Origin: a virus
Strand: one strand, 5' to 3'
Virus record (IMG/VR): IMGVR_UViG_3300032132_000001
Span: 362,573-395,473 of that record
DNA: 32,901 nucleotides
The position numbers and the translations under genes are program-made. Below are positions 1 to 9,145 of the stretch, piece after piece. The notes under the pieces are model-generated. The model did no database searches. It was not told where the DNA came from and saw only the letters and a program-made list of their open reading frames with translations. Every line of letters begins with the position of its first letter. The first letter of the stretch is position 1.

Positions 1-75
1 TATCTTGAAACTGGCTTCGACTTCGAGCGCCGACTATTGCTGAAGAAGAAGAACCCCAGAAAACGTCGTCGCTGA
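1..75 (+). CDS. 3' end of an upstream gene (partial); basic C-terminus ...KKKNPRKRRR*
   Basis: Open frame 1 running from window start to TGA at 73-75; followed by strong SD (AGGTGAGGT) for next gene, consistent with operon. Confidence 0.3.
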   Translation, partial: YLETGFDFERRLLLKKKNPRKRRR

Positions 76-118
76 GCATGTATCTTACGAGTAGGCTTTT
101 CACTTAGGTGAGGTACAC

Positions 119-820
119 ATGAGCGGCAAATACATCATCATCGAGGGAATCGATGGCAGCGGTAAAACCACTATGTCCGAGAGACTGGAAATGTGGTTGG
201 CTGACCAAGATGTCCCATCGAGGTATACGAGGCATCCAGGCGCGACATCATTCGGCGGTGAGATCAGACGACTCACTAAAGAATACGACCTAGATCCTAT
301 CACAGAAGCTCTTCTGTTTGCGGTGGATAACAGTGCGTTTACCCACCAGATCCTCAGACCGAACTTAGCGGACGGTACGTGGATCATCGCAGACCGGAGC
401 AACTTCATTTCGTCTCTAGCCTACCAGATCGCTTCCGGTTGTTCAATCGATGATCTGGATAGGGTGCATGACGCTATTCCTTCTCCACCAAAGGCTGACT
501 TGCTCATCATTCTACGAGCAAACCCAGATGTGGTGAAGTCACGCGTCATGGGTCGTGGGGGTGTGGGCAAGGACCGCTTCGAACAGAAGATGAACGAAGA
601 TCGTACGTACTTCAGCAAAGTAGCGAAGGCATACGATATGATGCTTGACGAGCCGAACAAAGAGTTCCAGCACAGACTCTCTAAGTTCGTCAATCTCACT
701 ACGACCACACCACATCCAGTCCCTCGTTGCCTTGGGATCGACGCAAACAGATCCGAAGACGAGGTATTCGCTAGTATCGTAGAAACTGTAAAGCCACTAC
801 TATCACCTGTGTCTGTATAG
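119..820 (+). CDS. tmk: thymidylate (dTMP) kinase
   Basis: N-terminal P-loop IIIEGIDGSGKTT typical of Tmk; LID-region basic residues; SD AGGTGAGG 6 nt upstream of ATG119. Confidence 0.9.
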   Translation: MSGKYIIIEGIDGSGKTTMSERLEMWLADQDVPSRYTRHPGATSFGGEIRRLTKEYDLDPITEALLFAVDNSAFTHQILRPNLADGTWIIADRSNFISSLAYQIASGCSIDDLDRVHDAIPSPPKADLLIILRANPDVVKSRVMGRGGVGKDRFEQKMNEDRTYFSKVAKAYDMMLDEPNKEFQHRLSKFVNLTTTTPHPVPRCLGIDANRSEDEVFASIVETVKPLLSPVSV

Positions 821-863
821 TATTTATTGTACTTTCCGTCTTCCTTCGTATCTCAACGTTCCC

Positions 864-1427
864 ATGAGAACGGAGGAAGACGTGAGCGAAGTCTATCAAC
901 ACCAGATTGAGTCGCTGGAAGAAAAGATCTCCATTCTGGAGACAGCGCTCTCTGATCTACAAGCTGTATTCACACCGACTATCAAAGTCAAATTTGTAGA
1001 TGACGAGGCAAAAAGTCTCGGTCTACCCCATCATCGCAAAGCTGGTGACGCTGGGGTAGATCTCCACGTTATTCTTAGCCCGGAAGATAGAGACAATGGA
1101 CTCACCATCTTTCCCGGCGAGCGGAAACTCCTAGACACCGGGATGCATATGGAATTCCCACATGGTGTTTTCGCCAGAATTTCCCATCGCTCTTCGACCG
1201 AAAGGCGACGTCGCCTGCGAGTGGTCGAAGGAACCATAGACCAAGGGTTTCGCGGCAGGCTATTCACCCAAGTCTCTAATGACAACACGTTCCCAATCGT
1301 TGTGGAACATGGTGAACGCCTGGCGCAGATGATCCTGTCTCCCATAGTTCACGGCTATTTCAGTGAAGTAACTGAATTGGCCGATTCGGACCGAGGGGAG
1401 GCTGGTTTCGGTAGCACAGGTAGGTAA
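864..1427 (+). CDS. dut: dUTP diphosphatase (trimeric dUTPase) with ~40-aa N-terminal coiled-coil-like extension
   Basis: Motifs AGDAGVDL (motif 1), GTIDQGFRGRL (motif 3), GERLAQMIL (motif 4), RGEAGFGSTG (motif 5). Alternative start GTG882 has strong SD GGAGGA 872-877. Confidence 0.85.
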   Translation: MRTEEDVSEVYQHQIESLEEKISILETALSDLQAVFTPTIKVKFVDDEAKSLGLPHHRKAGDAGVDLHVILSPEDRDNGLTIFPGERKLLDTGMHMEFPHGVFARISHRSSTERRRRLRVVEGTIDQGFRGRLFTQVSNDNTFPIVVEHGERLAQMILSPIVHGYFSEVTELADSDRGEAGFGSTGR

Positions 1428-1430
1428 AGT

Positions 1431-1736
1431 ATGGAGTTCGTGATCGTCTACGCCAAGATCAGTGACGACAAGAAAAAGGGCGTCACATTTAACGGTCCTT
1501 GGTTAGGTTCGACCGAGCTTACTAGAGAAGCAGCTGAACGCGCTATTCGGAAGATGATAGGCGAAGCCAAAGGGTACGCCTTGATTGCTAAAGTCTTCGA
1601 AGTAAAGAATAGCAACTATGAAGACGCCAAGAGAGTCGCTGATCGATACTTCGAAAGAATTCGTGAAGAGATGTTCGAGGCTAAGGAAATTCTTGAGCGA
1701 CCTATCGTAAAACGAAAGAAGCGCCGCTCAAAATAG
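1431..1736 (+). CDS. hypothetical protein, 101 aa, basic C-terminus (KRKKRRSK)
   Basis: ATG preceded by AGGTAGGTAAAG SD; 4 nt after dut stop. Confidence 0.5.
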   Translation: MEFVIVYAKISDDKKKGVTFNGPWLGSTELTREAAERAIRKMIGEAKGYALIAKVFEVKNSNYEDAKRVADRYFERIREEMFEAKEILERPIVKRKKRRSK

Positions 1737-2516
1737 CATTTCCTCTTCTTCCTCTTCTTCCGGCACTTCCTCTCCTGGAACAGCCGGCTCAAGAGGAGCT
1801 TCCTCTGGTGGTTCACCTGGGGCGGGTGGGGCGGTCCCCAACTCGGCCTGTGGGGCTTCCATACCTTGTAGAGAAGACAGGTCTTCAGCTGCTCCGGGTT
1901 CTAGCCCCATCATTCCAGGCTCTACGCCTTCCTCGCCTTCAAGCTCATCGCCCTCTAGCTCATCTTCTAGCTCGGCGGAGTCAGCTTCCTGATCTTCCTT
2001 GGATGGCACGATTAGGTGGATTTCCACCACATCCGCCTTCTCATTGCCGAAACCACGGCACTGGAGACCAAGTTTCTCCTTGATCATCTCCACAAGCTCT
2101 GGGAAGATCGACATCATAGAATAGCGGTTGATATGTTCACCGAACTCCCAACCGGCAGACGGCTCGTCTATTCGTAGCCTTTTCTTGATCTCATCTACAG
2201 CTTTGTGATCGCTAGCATCGAGGTTGTTGATCTTCAAGACTACATTGGGCTTATCATACTCGATAGGGGAGTCCTCGTCGTGCATAACTCTATCCGGATC
2301 AACATTCGGCATAGAGATACCCGGCGATTCCTCCCCACCAAGCTTCCCAAGGAGGTCCTTGATGATAGAGATCGCATCATACACGGCTTCCCGTGAGACT
2401 AGACTATCCTTTGGATCGTCTAGTAGCTCCTCTACCTTCTCAACGACGTCTGGATCTTCGGTGATCAGGCTTGCAATGAGGTTGACGTCGTAGTGGCTCA
2501 CCTTGTTATCCTTCAT
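1728..2516 (-). CDS. hypothetical protein with long acidic low-complexity C-terminal tail ending ...EEEEEEEMLF
   Basis: 262-aa ORF; C-terminal ~80 aa are E/P/G-rich; terminal acidic run + hydrophobic tip resembles SSB-type C-terminal interaction tails. Confidence 0.5.
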   Translation of the reverse strand: MKDNKVSHYDVNLIASLITEDPDVVEKVEELLDDPKDSLVSREAVYDAISIIKDLLGKLGGEESPGISMPNVDPDRVMHDEDSPIEYDKPNVVLKINNLDASDHKAVDEIKKRLRIDEPSAGWEFGEHINRYSMMSIFPELVEMIKEKLGLQCRGFGNEKADVVEIHLIVPSKEDQEADSAELEDELEGDELEGEEGVEPGMMGLEPGAAEDLSSLQGMEAPQAELGTAPPAPGEPPEEAPLEPAVPGEEVPEEEEEEEMLF

Positions 2517-2817
2517 CCGCCTCTGGCTCTGGATCCTTCTTCGGTGCAGCGAGGGCCTTCACGGGGTTGACGACCTTATCGTGAGCTACCTGGGCCGTCA
2601 TACCGCCCAAAAGCAACGTCGTGACAAAGGGAACCCACTCAAGACCCGCGAAAGACCCAGAGAGCTTGGCTACCACACCTAGGAGGAGCGGGAGGACCAA
2701 GGAAATGAGGGCTTCTTTACCCTTCACATGGTCTGGGAACATCAACTTGAGGCCGCTTACCGCTGCCGTAGTGGCTGCTGCCAGGCCAGCAAAGGTGGTT
2801 AGATCGAAATCGAACAT
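2506..2817 (-). CDS. small membrane protein (2-3 predicted TM helices, charged C-terminus); holin-like topology
   Basis: Hydrophobic segments ALISLVLPLLLGVVAKL and WVPFVTTLLLGGMTAQVA, followed by a lysine- and acidic-residue-rich tail; no adjacent endolysin so role uncertain. Confidence 0.4.
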   Translation of the reverse strand: MFDFDLTTFAGLAAATTAAVSGLKLMFPDHVKGKEALISLVLPLLLGVVAKLSGSFAGLEWVPFVTTLLLGGMTAQVAHDKVVNPVKALAAPKKDPEPEADEG

Positions 2818-2838
2818 CTGACGCCTCCGGAATTCTGT

Positions 2839-3333
2839 TTACGTATTTTTGCAACTTGCTATGGCTTCGATAATTCTCCGGGAAGCTTCTTGCAACGCTC
2901 TGGTAGTATTATCTTCTTCGAAATTAGGTACTCTTATACCTATCATTTTATGATCGAATTGTGCAGCTTTACCTTTATTGACTATCATCCAATCTAGATC
3001 GTCTACTAGTATCACTATATCAACATCTTGGGTCGCATGTCGCCATTCCGTTAGGTTCATGGTGACTTGTTTGATGAATTTGTCGAGGCACCAATTTTTA
3101 AACCCCCATTGGTCCAGGTGCTGGAGACCAATGGGGGTTATCATTCCCCACGAGTAGATTCCGATAAATGAAATATCTTCGGAATTGAGGACGGAAAGGA
3201 ATTCACGCAACCAAGCACGAGGCTTATATCGTACTTGAAGTTGACCTTTCTCGTCGATCTCAGATATTGTCTGAGCTAACGTTTCTTCCCAGTCTAACGC
3301 TATCGCGATCCGCATCTTCCGGATCCTTTGCAA
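2839..3333 (-). CDS. hypothetical protein, possibly HAD/FCP1-like phosphatase fold with degenerate motif I
   Basis: IAIALDWEETL near N-terminus and IVILVDDLDW (HAD motif IV-like DD); likely true start at M7 (3315). Weak. Confidence 0.4.
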   Translation of the reverse strand: MQRIRKMRIAIALDWEETLAQTISEIDEKGQLQVRYKPRAWLREFLSVLNSEDISFIGIYSWGMITPIGLQHLDQWGFKNWCLDKFIKQVTMNLTEWRHATQDVDIVILVDDLDWMIVNKGKAAQFDHKMIGIRVPNFEEDNTTRALQEASRRIIEAIASCKNT

Positions 3334-3607
3334 CGCCCTCTTCGTACTCGATTGCCTGGTCGATATCCAGGTTGAACGGAGTTGCCCTCAACTCCGACAA
3401 TCGCGCCTTTCTCTGGTCAATCAGCAATTTGTCTGTCAGATCTACTGATATTTTTAAGTAAGAGGAATCATCCCTAGTATGCTGCAGCAGAGCATACGCA
3501 GAAAGTAGTCGGTGTTGCACTTCAGCGGGTATCGGCTGGTCCTTTTGGTTAAGGAATATGTGATAGATAGCCGACATAGCTTCAAGCGTGAGATCTTTTT
3601 GGTTCAT
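3260..3607 (-). CDS. hypothetical protein (115 aa)
   Basis: ORF abutting start... stop of the 1250-aa gene upstream (3608); no recognisable motifs. Confidence 0.4.
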   Translation of the reverse strand: MNQKDLTLEAMSAIYHIFLNQKDQPIPAEVQHRLLSAYALLQHTRDDSSYLKISVDLTDKLLIDQRKARLSELRATPFNLDIDQAIEYEEGVAKDPEDADRDSVRLGRNVSSDNI

Positions 3608-6600
3608 TTATCCCGTCACTTCCACTAGTTCCATCTCAACCTCGTCGCAAACTCCGCAATCCACGTGGAAGGCGAACGGGTCCTGTGGGAACTCGTCCCC
3701 ACAAACGAAGTTGGTCTGAAATTCGTCGATTCGTTGTTCACACCCTTCCGCCAGTATTATGTAGCCGTCATCGGTGTGTTCGATGATCTGCCTACACGTT
3801 GTAACAATGCCTCTTCTAAACACTCGTCTCCCTTCAACCCTGCCGCTGGGTGGTTCTCCCCAAACTCTAGGGTCTAGTGTGGTGACGGTTATGTCGATTC
3901 TCGATCCTGATGTTTCGAACATTCCTATGTAGATGATTCCGTAATCGTCTACAAGCTTGAACTGTCCCTGTTCTGGATACTTTTCTTCGAATTCTAGATC
4001 AATAGCTGTCTCATCGAAGCATAGCATGTTAGGTATTGTTCCGTCAACTTTCGTTGAACATGTGCCGAACTTCTCCGTCAACACCATGAACAGGTCTGTA
4101 GTGACCCGATCGCAATTGAAGTCCAGGCTGCTATCTGGGAGCCTGAACAGCTCGACGGAACACCTGTCGATGGTTGCTTCTTCTTCGCTTGGGTTCGTCG
4201 GGTCGCAGCCAAATGTCTCGCAGCCGCAATCAAGACGGTAGGGGGCGTAAAGATGTGCCCGTGGGTCGTCTTTCGCCACCAGGATGCCAGAGCCGCACTT
4301 GAAGAGAAGATCGACACCTTCGGTGCCTTCACCACCGCCTTGAGGCACACCAAGCAGCAAAGTGACATCCACATCTTCGCTCGTGCCCCGGGGATAATCA
4401 AAATCTGCAAGATCCGCCTCATAGCGCCCGGTTTCGGCCGGGTAGCCGTTGGCGAAATCGACGCCAGCGGGCTCGCTCCCGCTTTCGTCTATCGCGTCTG
4501 GCGGGCAGGCGCAGTTTTCGTTGGCCGATTCGAAGATGGGCGGCACACCACTGCCAAGACAGATAGCGTCCACATCAGTAAACACGGTCTGTTCGAACAC
4601 CACTGGATCCGTGCTGACAGCACGAGGCTCTGCAGTGGAGTAGATCGCATGGGTTACCAAGAAATCTCTGTGTGCGTGCACGCTTAGGCTGGAGATGTCT
4701 GGCACCAAGCCGTTCCCGCAATACTCAAGTGGGATGTCTTCGAAAGTGAGGAACTCGTCCCCGTCCGTCCCTTCCACGATCAAGGGGTTCAGATCCTCAA
4801 TCGTGGGCTTATCTGTTCCTATAGCTTCGGGGCATTTGTGGAAAATGTCATCCCACGGCCTATAAGAGTAGATCGATACAAAATCGTTCTCCAGCTTGTT
4901 CATGGAGACGAATCTGTGCCCTGGGAAGAAAAGGTTGTCCTTTTGAATATCGAGGGAAGGACGCCTGATCGCAAAGAACTCGTTGCTATCAACGAGGTCG
5001 TTCCTGAATTGATCTCTGTCAGTGTAGTGAAGGGTGGCTCCCTGGTAGCTCTTCACTCTTGCGAAGAGAGTATGAAGGAACGACACCCCAATGCTAGAGC
5101 GATCGCAACGATCATCTGCGAAGGTGCCGACCTGCTCTGGCACGATGGGGGTGGTATAGTACGCACCATGCCCCATGCCAAGATTGCAAGGCTTACATCT
5201 CAACAGTTCGGTTGCAATCAGGCAGCGATCGATCTCTACCGGAGTTTGAACACGACCTTTATAGCAATAATCGTCAGAGTTCCCTTGTGTAGAGCAGAGC
5301 TTAGACCTATCATCTGCGATATGGTCGAAGTCTTTCTCCCCATTGCTTATAACTCGGTCTTGGCCAGCCGGGGTGAACTCGCAGGGAGAGGCGTCCGGTC
5401 TCGGAATCGCCACATTGGAGAGAGCTTCTAGTTCCGCTCGCTGTTCTTCGGGTACCACATGGGTACCATCTAGATCTTTCCAAGTCTGGTGTTCGTTCTC
5501 CAGCCCAGCGATGATCTTGGCACGGAGGTCTAGTGTCTCCTGGCTGAACCCTCTATCATCGTCGCATTCTGTTGGGTCTAGTGGGATGATAGCGGGAGGC
5601 GTCTGTAGTTCCCCAGCATCGGTACCCGGAGCCTGCTTATTCAGACCACCCAAGCAGAAGTCTTGGACGTTGTAGACTTCGCAGCAATCTATTAGTATAA
5701 TGATCTTGCGTAGGAGAGAGTGGAACGCCTTCAATCTCAGTACGAAATCCAACAGGAATTCGTACAACTGGCTAGTTGGCTCTTCTCCCTGGACCGACAG
5801 GATCTGGATGTCGAAACGGTTAGATTGCAGGTTTTGTAGTTCAGGGGGAACGACGAGCTTGTCGTAGAGATAGGTGGCGAATATGAAGAGCTTCTGTCGC
5901 GATCGGTCGAAGTCGATGTAGTGGTCGAACGTGACCGTTATTACGTTGTTATCACTGCCGTACCTGAGACCGACTTTGTTTAGTGGCGCATCGTTTACTT
6001 GTCTGTCGTCGGTGCCTTGGCCCGATTCAAGATCGATTAAGACCTTGGAGAACCCGAGGATTGGCGGGCTGATGGAAGCGAGCGCGGGGGATAAGAGATA
6101 TCCGTCGAGGTCGAGAGCACAAACGCCCTCAACAGATTCTGGCATATCATCAACGCTGTCTGATATTGCCTGTAGCTCAGCTTCGGCCGCCGAACCGATG
6201 TCAACCAGATAGGCGTCAACAGTTACATCCGAAGTTGGCCTGAAGAGAAGCGGAACAACAATTTGTCCGAAGCCATCTTCTGAGAAATCGGAGACTAGCG
6301 GCTCTGTGCGGCACGTCTCTTCTTCGGTGATTTGGTCTTCGTTGGGCGCTTGGAACCCTGAGCCGTCTTCGTTATACCAGAGGTTCCTGATAGCAACCAT
6401 GAACCCGAAGATTTCGAACAGCTCGACCAATACCCTGCGCGAGCCCTTGAGCTGCTGCAACCGACGAGCATTTTTCAGTACGTTACGCCGGATTTCATCT
6501 GTGGACCCTGGGAAGTATGGCAACTCCCAGCCAACAAGATATGCAAGATAGGGAATAAGCTGCTGCGGGATGCGGTTGACGAAGTTGACACCTTCTAGGA

Positions 6601-7360
6601 GGTTCTGTTCGTCGTGGATGTCCTGCAGGAGATCGGCAAAGGGTCGTAGAAACTTGACATATGGGTCATCGTCAAGTGCAACCTGTCCGTCGAAGTAGAT
6701 GGACGGAGTGTTAGAAAAAAGAGCCTGGTGGACCTCACCAGGGTGAGCATGAATCAGATCGTATCTAGCTAGAGCTTCACGAGTCGCGTCGATGCATAGG
6801 AGTTCTTGATCTGCGGTGACCAGACGTGGGTTGTACGATGCTTGCCATACGAACTTGTAACGTCCAAACGGCTTCAGATCGGCTGTGTCGATAGCGAATA
6901 TTGATAGGTCATAATAGTCGGCGTCTGGATGGTATACAATCCGATCTCTAGCTCCAGGCCCGTCTAGCATCCCTCGTTCAAGAGTGTACTCGAAGAAGTC
7001 CCCGTCTACCGCGTCGAAGAAATCCTTCTCCTCTCCGGTTTCCTGGTCGAAGAATATCTGCCCTTCAAGTGGGATAGCTGTCCTGCTCAGTTCTAGATCA
7101 GAAACGGTGACGACAAAGCGCTCAAGGTCCGGTACGAAGATGCCCTTATTCTGGAAACCAGCAACTGGCACCAACCCTGGCGCATCTTCAATGAAGTATC
7201 GGAGATCGAACACACCGGAGTTTGCTACCGGAGCGTCGTTTATCCTAACCCATGGAACTACTAGGACGATAGGGAGATTAACTGGTTGCAAGCCTGTCCT
7301 ATTATTTTGAATAGGCCATCTTACAAATTCTGGTTGGAATCGATCGGTTATTTCAGCCAT
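3608..7360 (-). CDS. large virion structural protein (1250 aa) with P2 gpI-like baseplate/tail domain; Cys-rich C-terminal region
   Basis: Segment LIPYLAYLVGWELPYFPGSTDEIRRNVLKNARRLQQLKGSRRVLVELFEIFGF matches the conserved core of phage tail protein I (P2 gpI, baseplate wedge) family; size comparable to T4 gp7-class wedge proteins. Confidence 0.55.
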   Translation of the reverse strand: MAEITDRFQPEFVRWPIQNNRTGLQPVNLPIVLVVPWVRINDAPVANSGVFDLRYFIEDAPGLVPVAGFQNKGIFVPDLERFVVTVSDLELSRTAIPLEGQIFFDQETGEEKDFFDAVDGDFFEYTLERGMLDGPGARDRIVYHPDADYYDLSIFAIDTADLKPFGRYKFVWQASYNPRLVTADQELLCIDATREALARYDLIHAHPGEVHQALFSNTPSIYFDGQVALDDDPYVKFLRPFADLLQDIHDEQNLLEGVNFVNRIPQQLIPYLAYLVGWELPYFPGSTDEIRRNVLKNARRLQQLKGSRRVLVELFEIFGFMVAIRNLWYNEDGSGFQAPNEDQITEEETCRTEPLVSDFSEDGFGQIVVPLLFRPTSDVTVDAYLVDIGSAAEAELQAISDSVDDMPESVEGVCALDLDGYLLSPALASISPPILGFSKVLIDLESGQGTDDRQVNDAPLNKVGLRYGSDNNVITVTFDHYIDFDRSRQKLFIFATYLYDKLVVPPELQNLQSNRFDIQILSVQGEEPTSQLYEFLLDFVLRLKAFHSLLRKIIILIDCCEVYNVQDFCLGGLNKQAPGTDAGELQTPPAIIPLDPTECDDDRGFSQETLDLRAKIIAGLENEHQTWKDLDGTHVVPEEQRAELEALSNVAIPRPDASPCEFTPAGQDRVISNGEKDFDHIADDRSKLCSTQGNSDDYCYKGRVQTPVEIDRCLIATELLRCKPCNLGMGHGAYYTTPIVPEQVGTFADDRCDRSSIGVSFLHTLFARVKSYQGATLHYTDRDQFRNDLVDSNEFFAIRRPSLDIQKDNLFFPGHRFVSMNKLENDFVSIYSYRPWDDIFHKCPEAIGTDKPTIEDLNPLIVEGTDGDEFLTFEDIPLEYCGNGLVPDISSLSVHAHRDFLVTHAIYSTAEPRAVSTDPVVFEQTVFTDVDAICLGSGVPPIFESANENCACPPDAIDESGSEPAGVDFANGYPAETGRYEADLADFDYPRGTSEDVDVTLLLGVPQGGGEGTEGVDLLFKCGSGILVAKDDPRAHLYAPYRLDCGCETFGCDPTNPSEEEATIDRCSVELFRLPDSSLDFNCDRVTTDLFMVLTEKFGTCSTKVDGTIPNMLCFDETAIDLEFEEKYPEQGQFKLVDDYGIIYIGMFETSGSRIDITVTTLDPRVWGEPPSGRVEGRRVFRRGIVTTCRQIIEHTDDGYIILAEGCEQRIDEFQTNFVCGDEFPQDPFAFHVDCGVCDEVEMELVEVTG

Positions 7361-7369
7361 AGCATCTTT

Positions 7370-7972
7370 ATGTATCTGAGTCGCATGAAGCCATCACAAC
7401 GTGCACGTGAGATTTTACGAGCGGAAGCACAAGCTATCCTTAATGTACCTTTGTCGGATGAGTTCGACAAAGTGGTTAACTTGATAGCTCGCATGGGCCA
7501 TAGAAAAGTACTTCTCACAGGCATGGGTAAAGCCGGGAATATCGCAAGGAAGGTCACTGGAACTCTCTGTTCCACCGGAACCCCAGCCTGCTTCCTTCAC
7601 CCTGGAGAAGCGGCTCACGGCGATCTCGGGCTTGTCTCTCCAGGCGACCTGCTGCTGGCCTTCTCGACCAGCGGGAAAACTCGCGAAGTACTGGAGACGA
7701 TCCAGCTCGCCCGCCGTCTGGGTGCTTCAACGGTGGTCGCCGTCACTTCACATCCAGACGCGCCTATCCGAAACCTAGCCGACTATGTTCTAGAGCTAGG
7801 AGAGATAGAGGAGCCGTGCTATCTTGGTCTAACGCCCACGGCAAGTACGACAGCTATGCTTGCGCTCGGAGACGCCCTCGCCCTTTGCATAATGGGCAAG
7901 AATAATATCAGCAAAGAGGACTATGGGCTTCGTCACCATGGTGGTTACCTAGGCGAAATAGCCAGAGAGTGA
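7370..7972 (+). CDS. kdsD: SIS-domain sugar-phosphate isomerase, KdsD/KpsF (arabinose-5-phosphate isomerase)-like, lacking CBS domains
   Basis: [37 protein letters not shown]...[11 protein letters not shown] is near-identical in pattern to E. coli KdsD SIS domain ([37 protein letters not shown]...ISNSGES). Start chosen at first ATG (7370; alt 7385) rather than TTG7286, which would overlap divergent gene. Confidence 0.75.
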   Translation: [200 protein letters not shown]

Positions 7973-7984
7973 CAAACATAGAGT

Positions 7985-8380
7985 ATGCCTACTCTATCGT
8001 CCCCTCAACGCCGAGTCCTGAGCGAAAGCAAACTCCAGGACTTCATGAAGCGCAATCTTGAGAAGATGCGCGGCAAAGAAGAGTCCTTCCTGCGGAAGAT
8101 TCACGCCAACGTTGGCACCGAGGGCCTACTAGATATGGCCGTCGAGGTGCTAAGCGGGACAAGCCCAGAAAGAAGCAAGATAGCTAAAGAAACGCTTCTT
8201 TGGCTCGGGGTCCCTGCGGCAGGCGGAGTTGCAGCGCACGCGATGGGTCTACCTATCGCGATGGGCCTGCTTTTCAAGAGCGCAGTATGGATTACTATTA
8301 TCCAGCTCTTGCGCGCGTTCAAGAAGGGAACGCTATCGAAGAGAATAGAAAAAGAAGAGTCTAAACCCTCTTCTTCATGA
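7985..8380 (+). CDS. hypothetical protein with hydrophobic (membrane-like) C-terminal half
   Basis: 131-aa ORF 13 nt after kdsD-like stop; segment LLWLGVPAAGGVAAHAMGLPIAMGLLFKSAVWITIIQLL. Confidence 0.45.
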   Translation: MPTLSSPQRRVLSESKLQDFMKRNLEKMRGKEESFLRKIHANVGTEGLLDMAVEVLSGTSPERSKIAKETLLWLGVPAAGGVAAHAMGLPIAMGLLFKSAVWITIIQLLRAFKKGTLSKRIEKEESKPSSS

Positions 8381-9014
8381 AGCTCTTCACTGCTTTTTCT
8401 ATCTTATAGATGAACAAAGTATCCGTCTTGGCTTTACTAGATGTTGGTCTAGGGGTCTGAGGGTCGAAAATCTTGCACGACATTCGACCGCTCCTTGTGC
8501 GCCTGAACGTGTTCATCCCGATGTAGTACACATCATCAAGATAGATTGCAATTATCTTAGGCGTGGAAGTCTGGCTTGTACCTCTGCCAAGCCCGAACTT
8601 CTTCTTGCATTGTGGGTATTCACGCTTCCACCGCTCACGCCCCACGGCTCGTGTTTTATCCAGCTCCCACGTGTGGCGTCTTTGACCAATAGCGATGCCC
8701 ACCATCATCTGTGGGTCTCTCAGGTCCATGCTCCAATCGTAGACGATGCGCCTTCGCAATCTCTTGTCTTGAGAGGAGATGGACAGGATGGGCATGAAGC
8801 GTAGGAGATAATCGTCGTGTTTCTCGAACTTTATAGGGTCCACCCAATTAATCTTCCAGTTGATGTCAACCCTCCTATGGGACTGCGTGACGAAAAGCGG
8901 CTCTAGTCCGCTTGTAGTGTCAAGAGTCCTGTATACTGGAGGGCCAGATGGCTTGGTGGTCTTCATTGTAGGATCCGGAGTTTGACGTACCCCGGCACAG
9001 CCCCGAAGGCGCAA
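8361..9014 (-). CDS. hypothetical basic (K/R-rich) protein
   Basis: 217-aa ORF (track start is TTG9014; first ATG at 8966 gives MKTTKPSG...). Convergent 20-nt overlap with previous gene. No firm family. Confidence 0.4.
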   Translation of the reverse strand: MRLRGCAGVRQTPDPTMKTTKPSGPPVYRTLDTTSGLEPLFVTQSHRRVDINWKINWVDPIKFEKHDDYLLRFMPILSISSQDKRLRRRIVYDWSMDLRDPQMMVGIAIGQRRHTWELDKTRAVGRERWKREYPQCKKKFGLGRGTSQTSTPKIIAIYLDDVYYIGMNTFRRTRSGRMSCKIFDPQTPRPTSSKAKTDTLFIYKIEKAVKSFMKKRV

Positions 9015-9145
9015 CGCTCCTGAGATTTATTTTTATCACGGCTAGGCTACTAGGAGTCGCTCCTAACCAAGAGCTAAGCTAAAGATCAGATACGCGGGCC
9101 GGGGACATTTCCTCGCGTAGTTAGAATATCCAACAGGAGACCACC
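9015..9145. promoter_or_regulatory. divergent intergenic region (131 bp) with -10-like TAGAAT ~12 nt upstream of SD of gene at 9146
   Basis: Non-coding gap between divergent genes; sequence ...GTAGTTAGAATATCCAACAGGAGACCACCATG; small hairpin AGGAGtcgCTCCT. Confidence 0.3.

Noticed and set aside
100-408. 102-aa minus-strand ORF
   Set aside because: Lies entirely inside the well-supported tmk gene on the opposite strand; no SD.
3665-7310. Numerous 60-200-aa plus-strand ORFs inside the 1250-aa gene
   Set aside because: All are shadows of the long minus-strand ORF.
8400-8520. GIY-YIG homing endonuclease in ORF 8361-9014 (AIY...YIG)
   Set aside because: The spacing between the two elements is too short. 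They lie in the C-terminal part without the downstream Arg/Glu catalytic residues.
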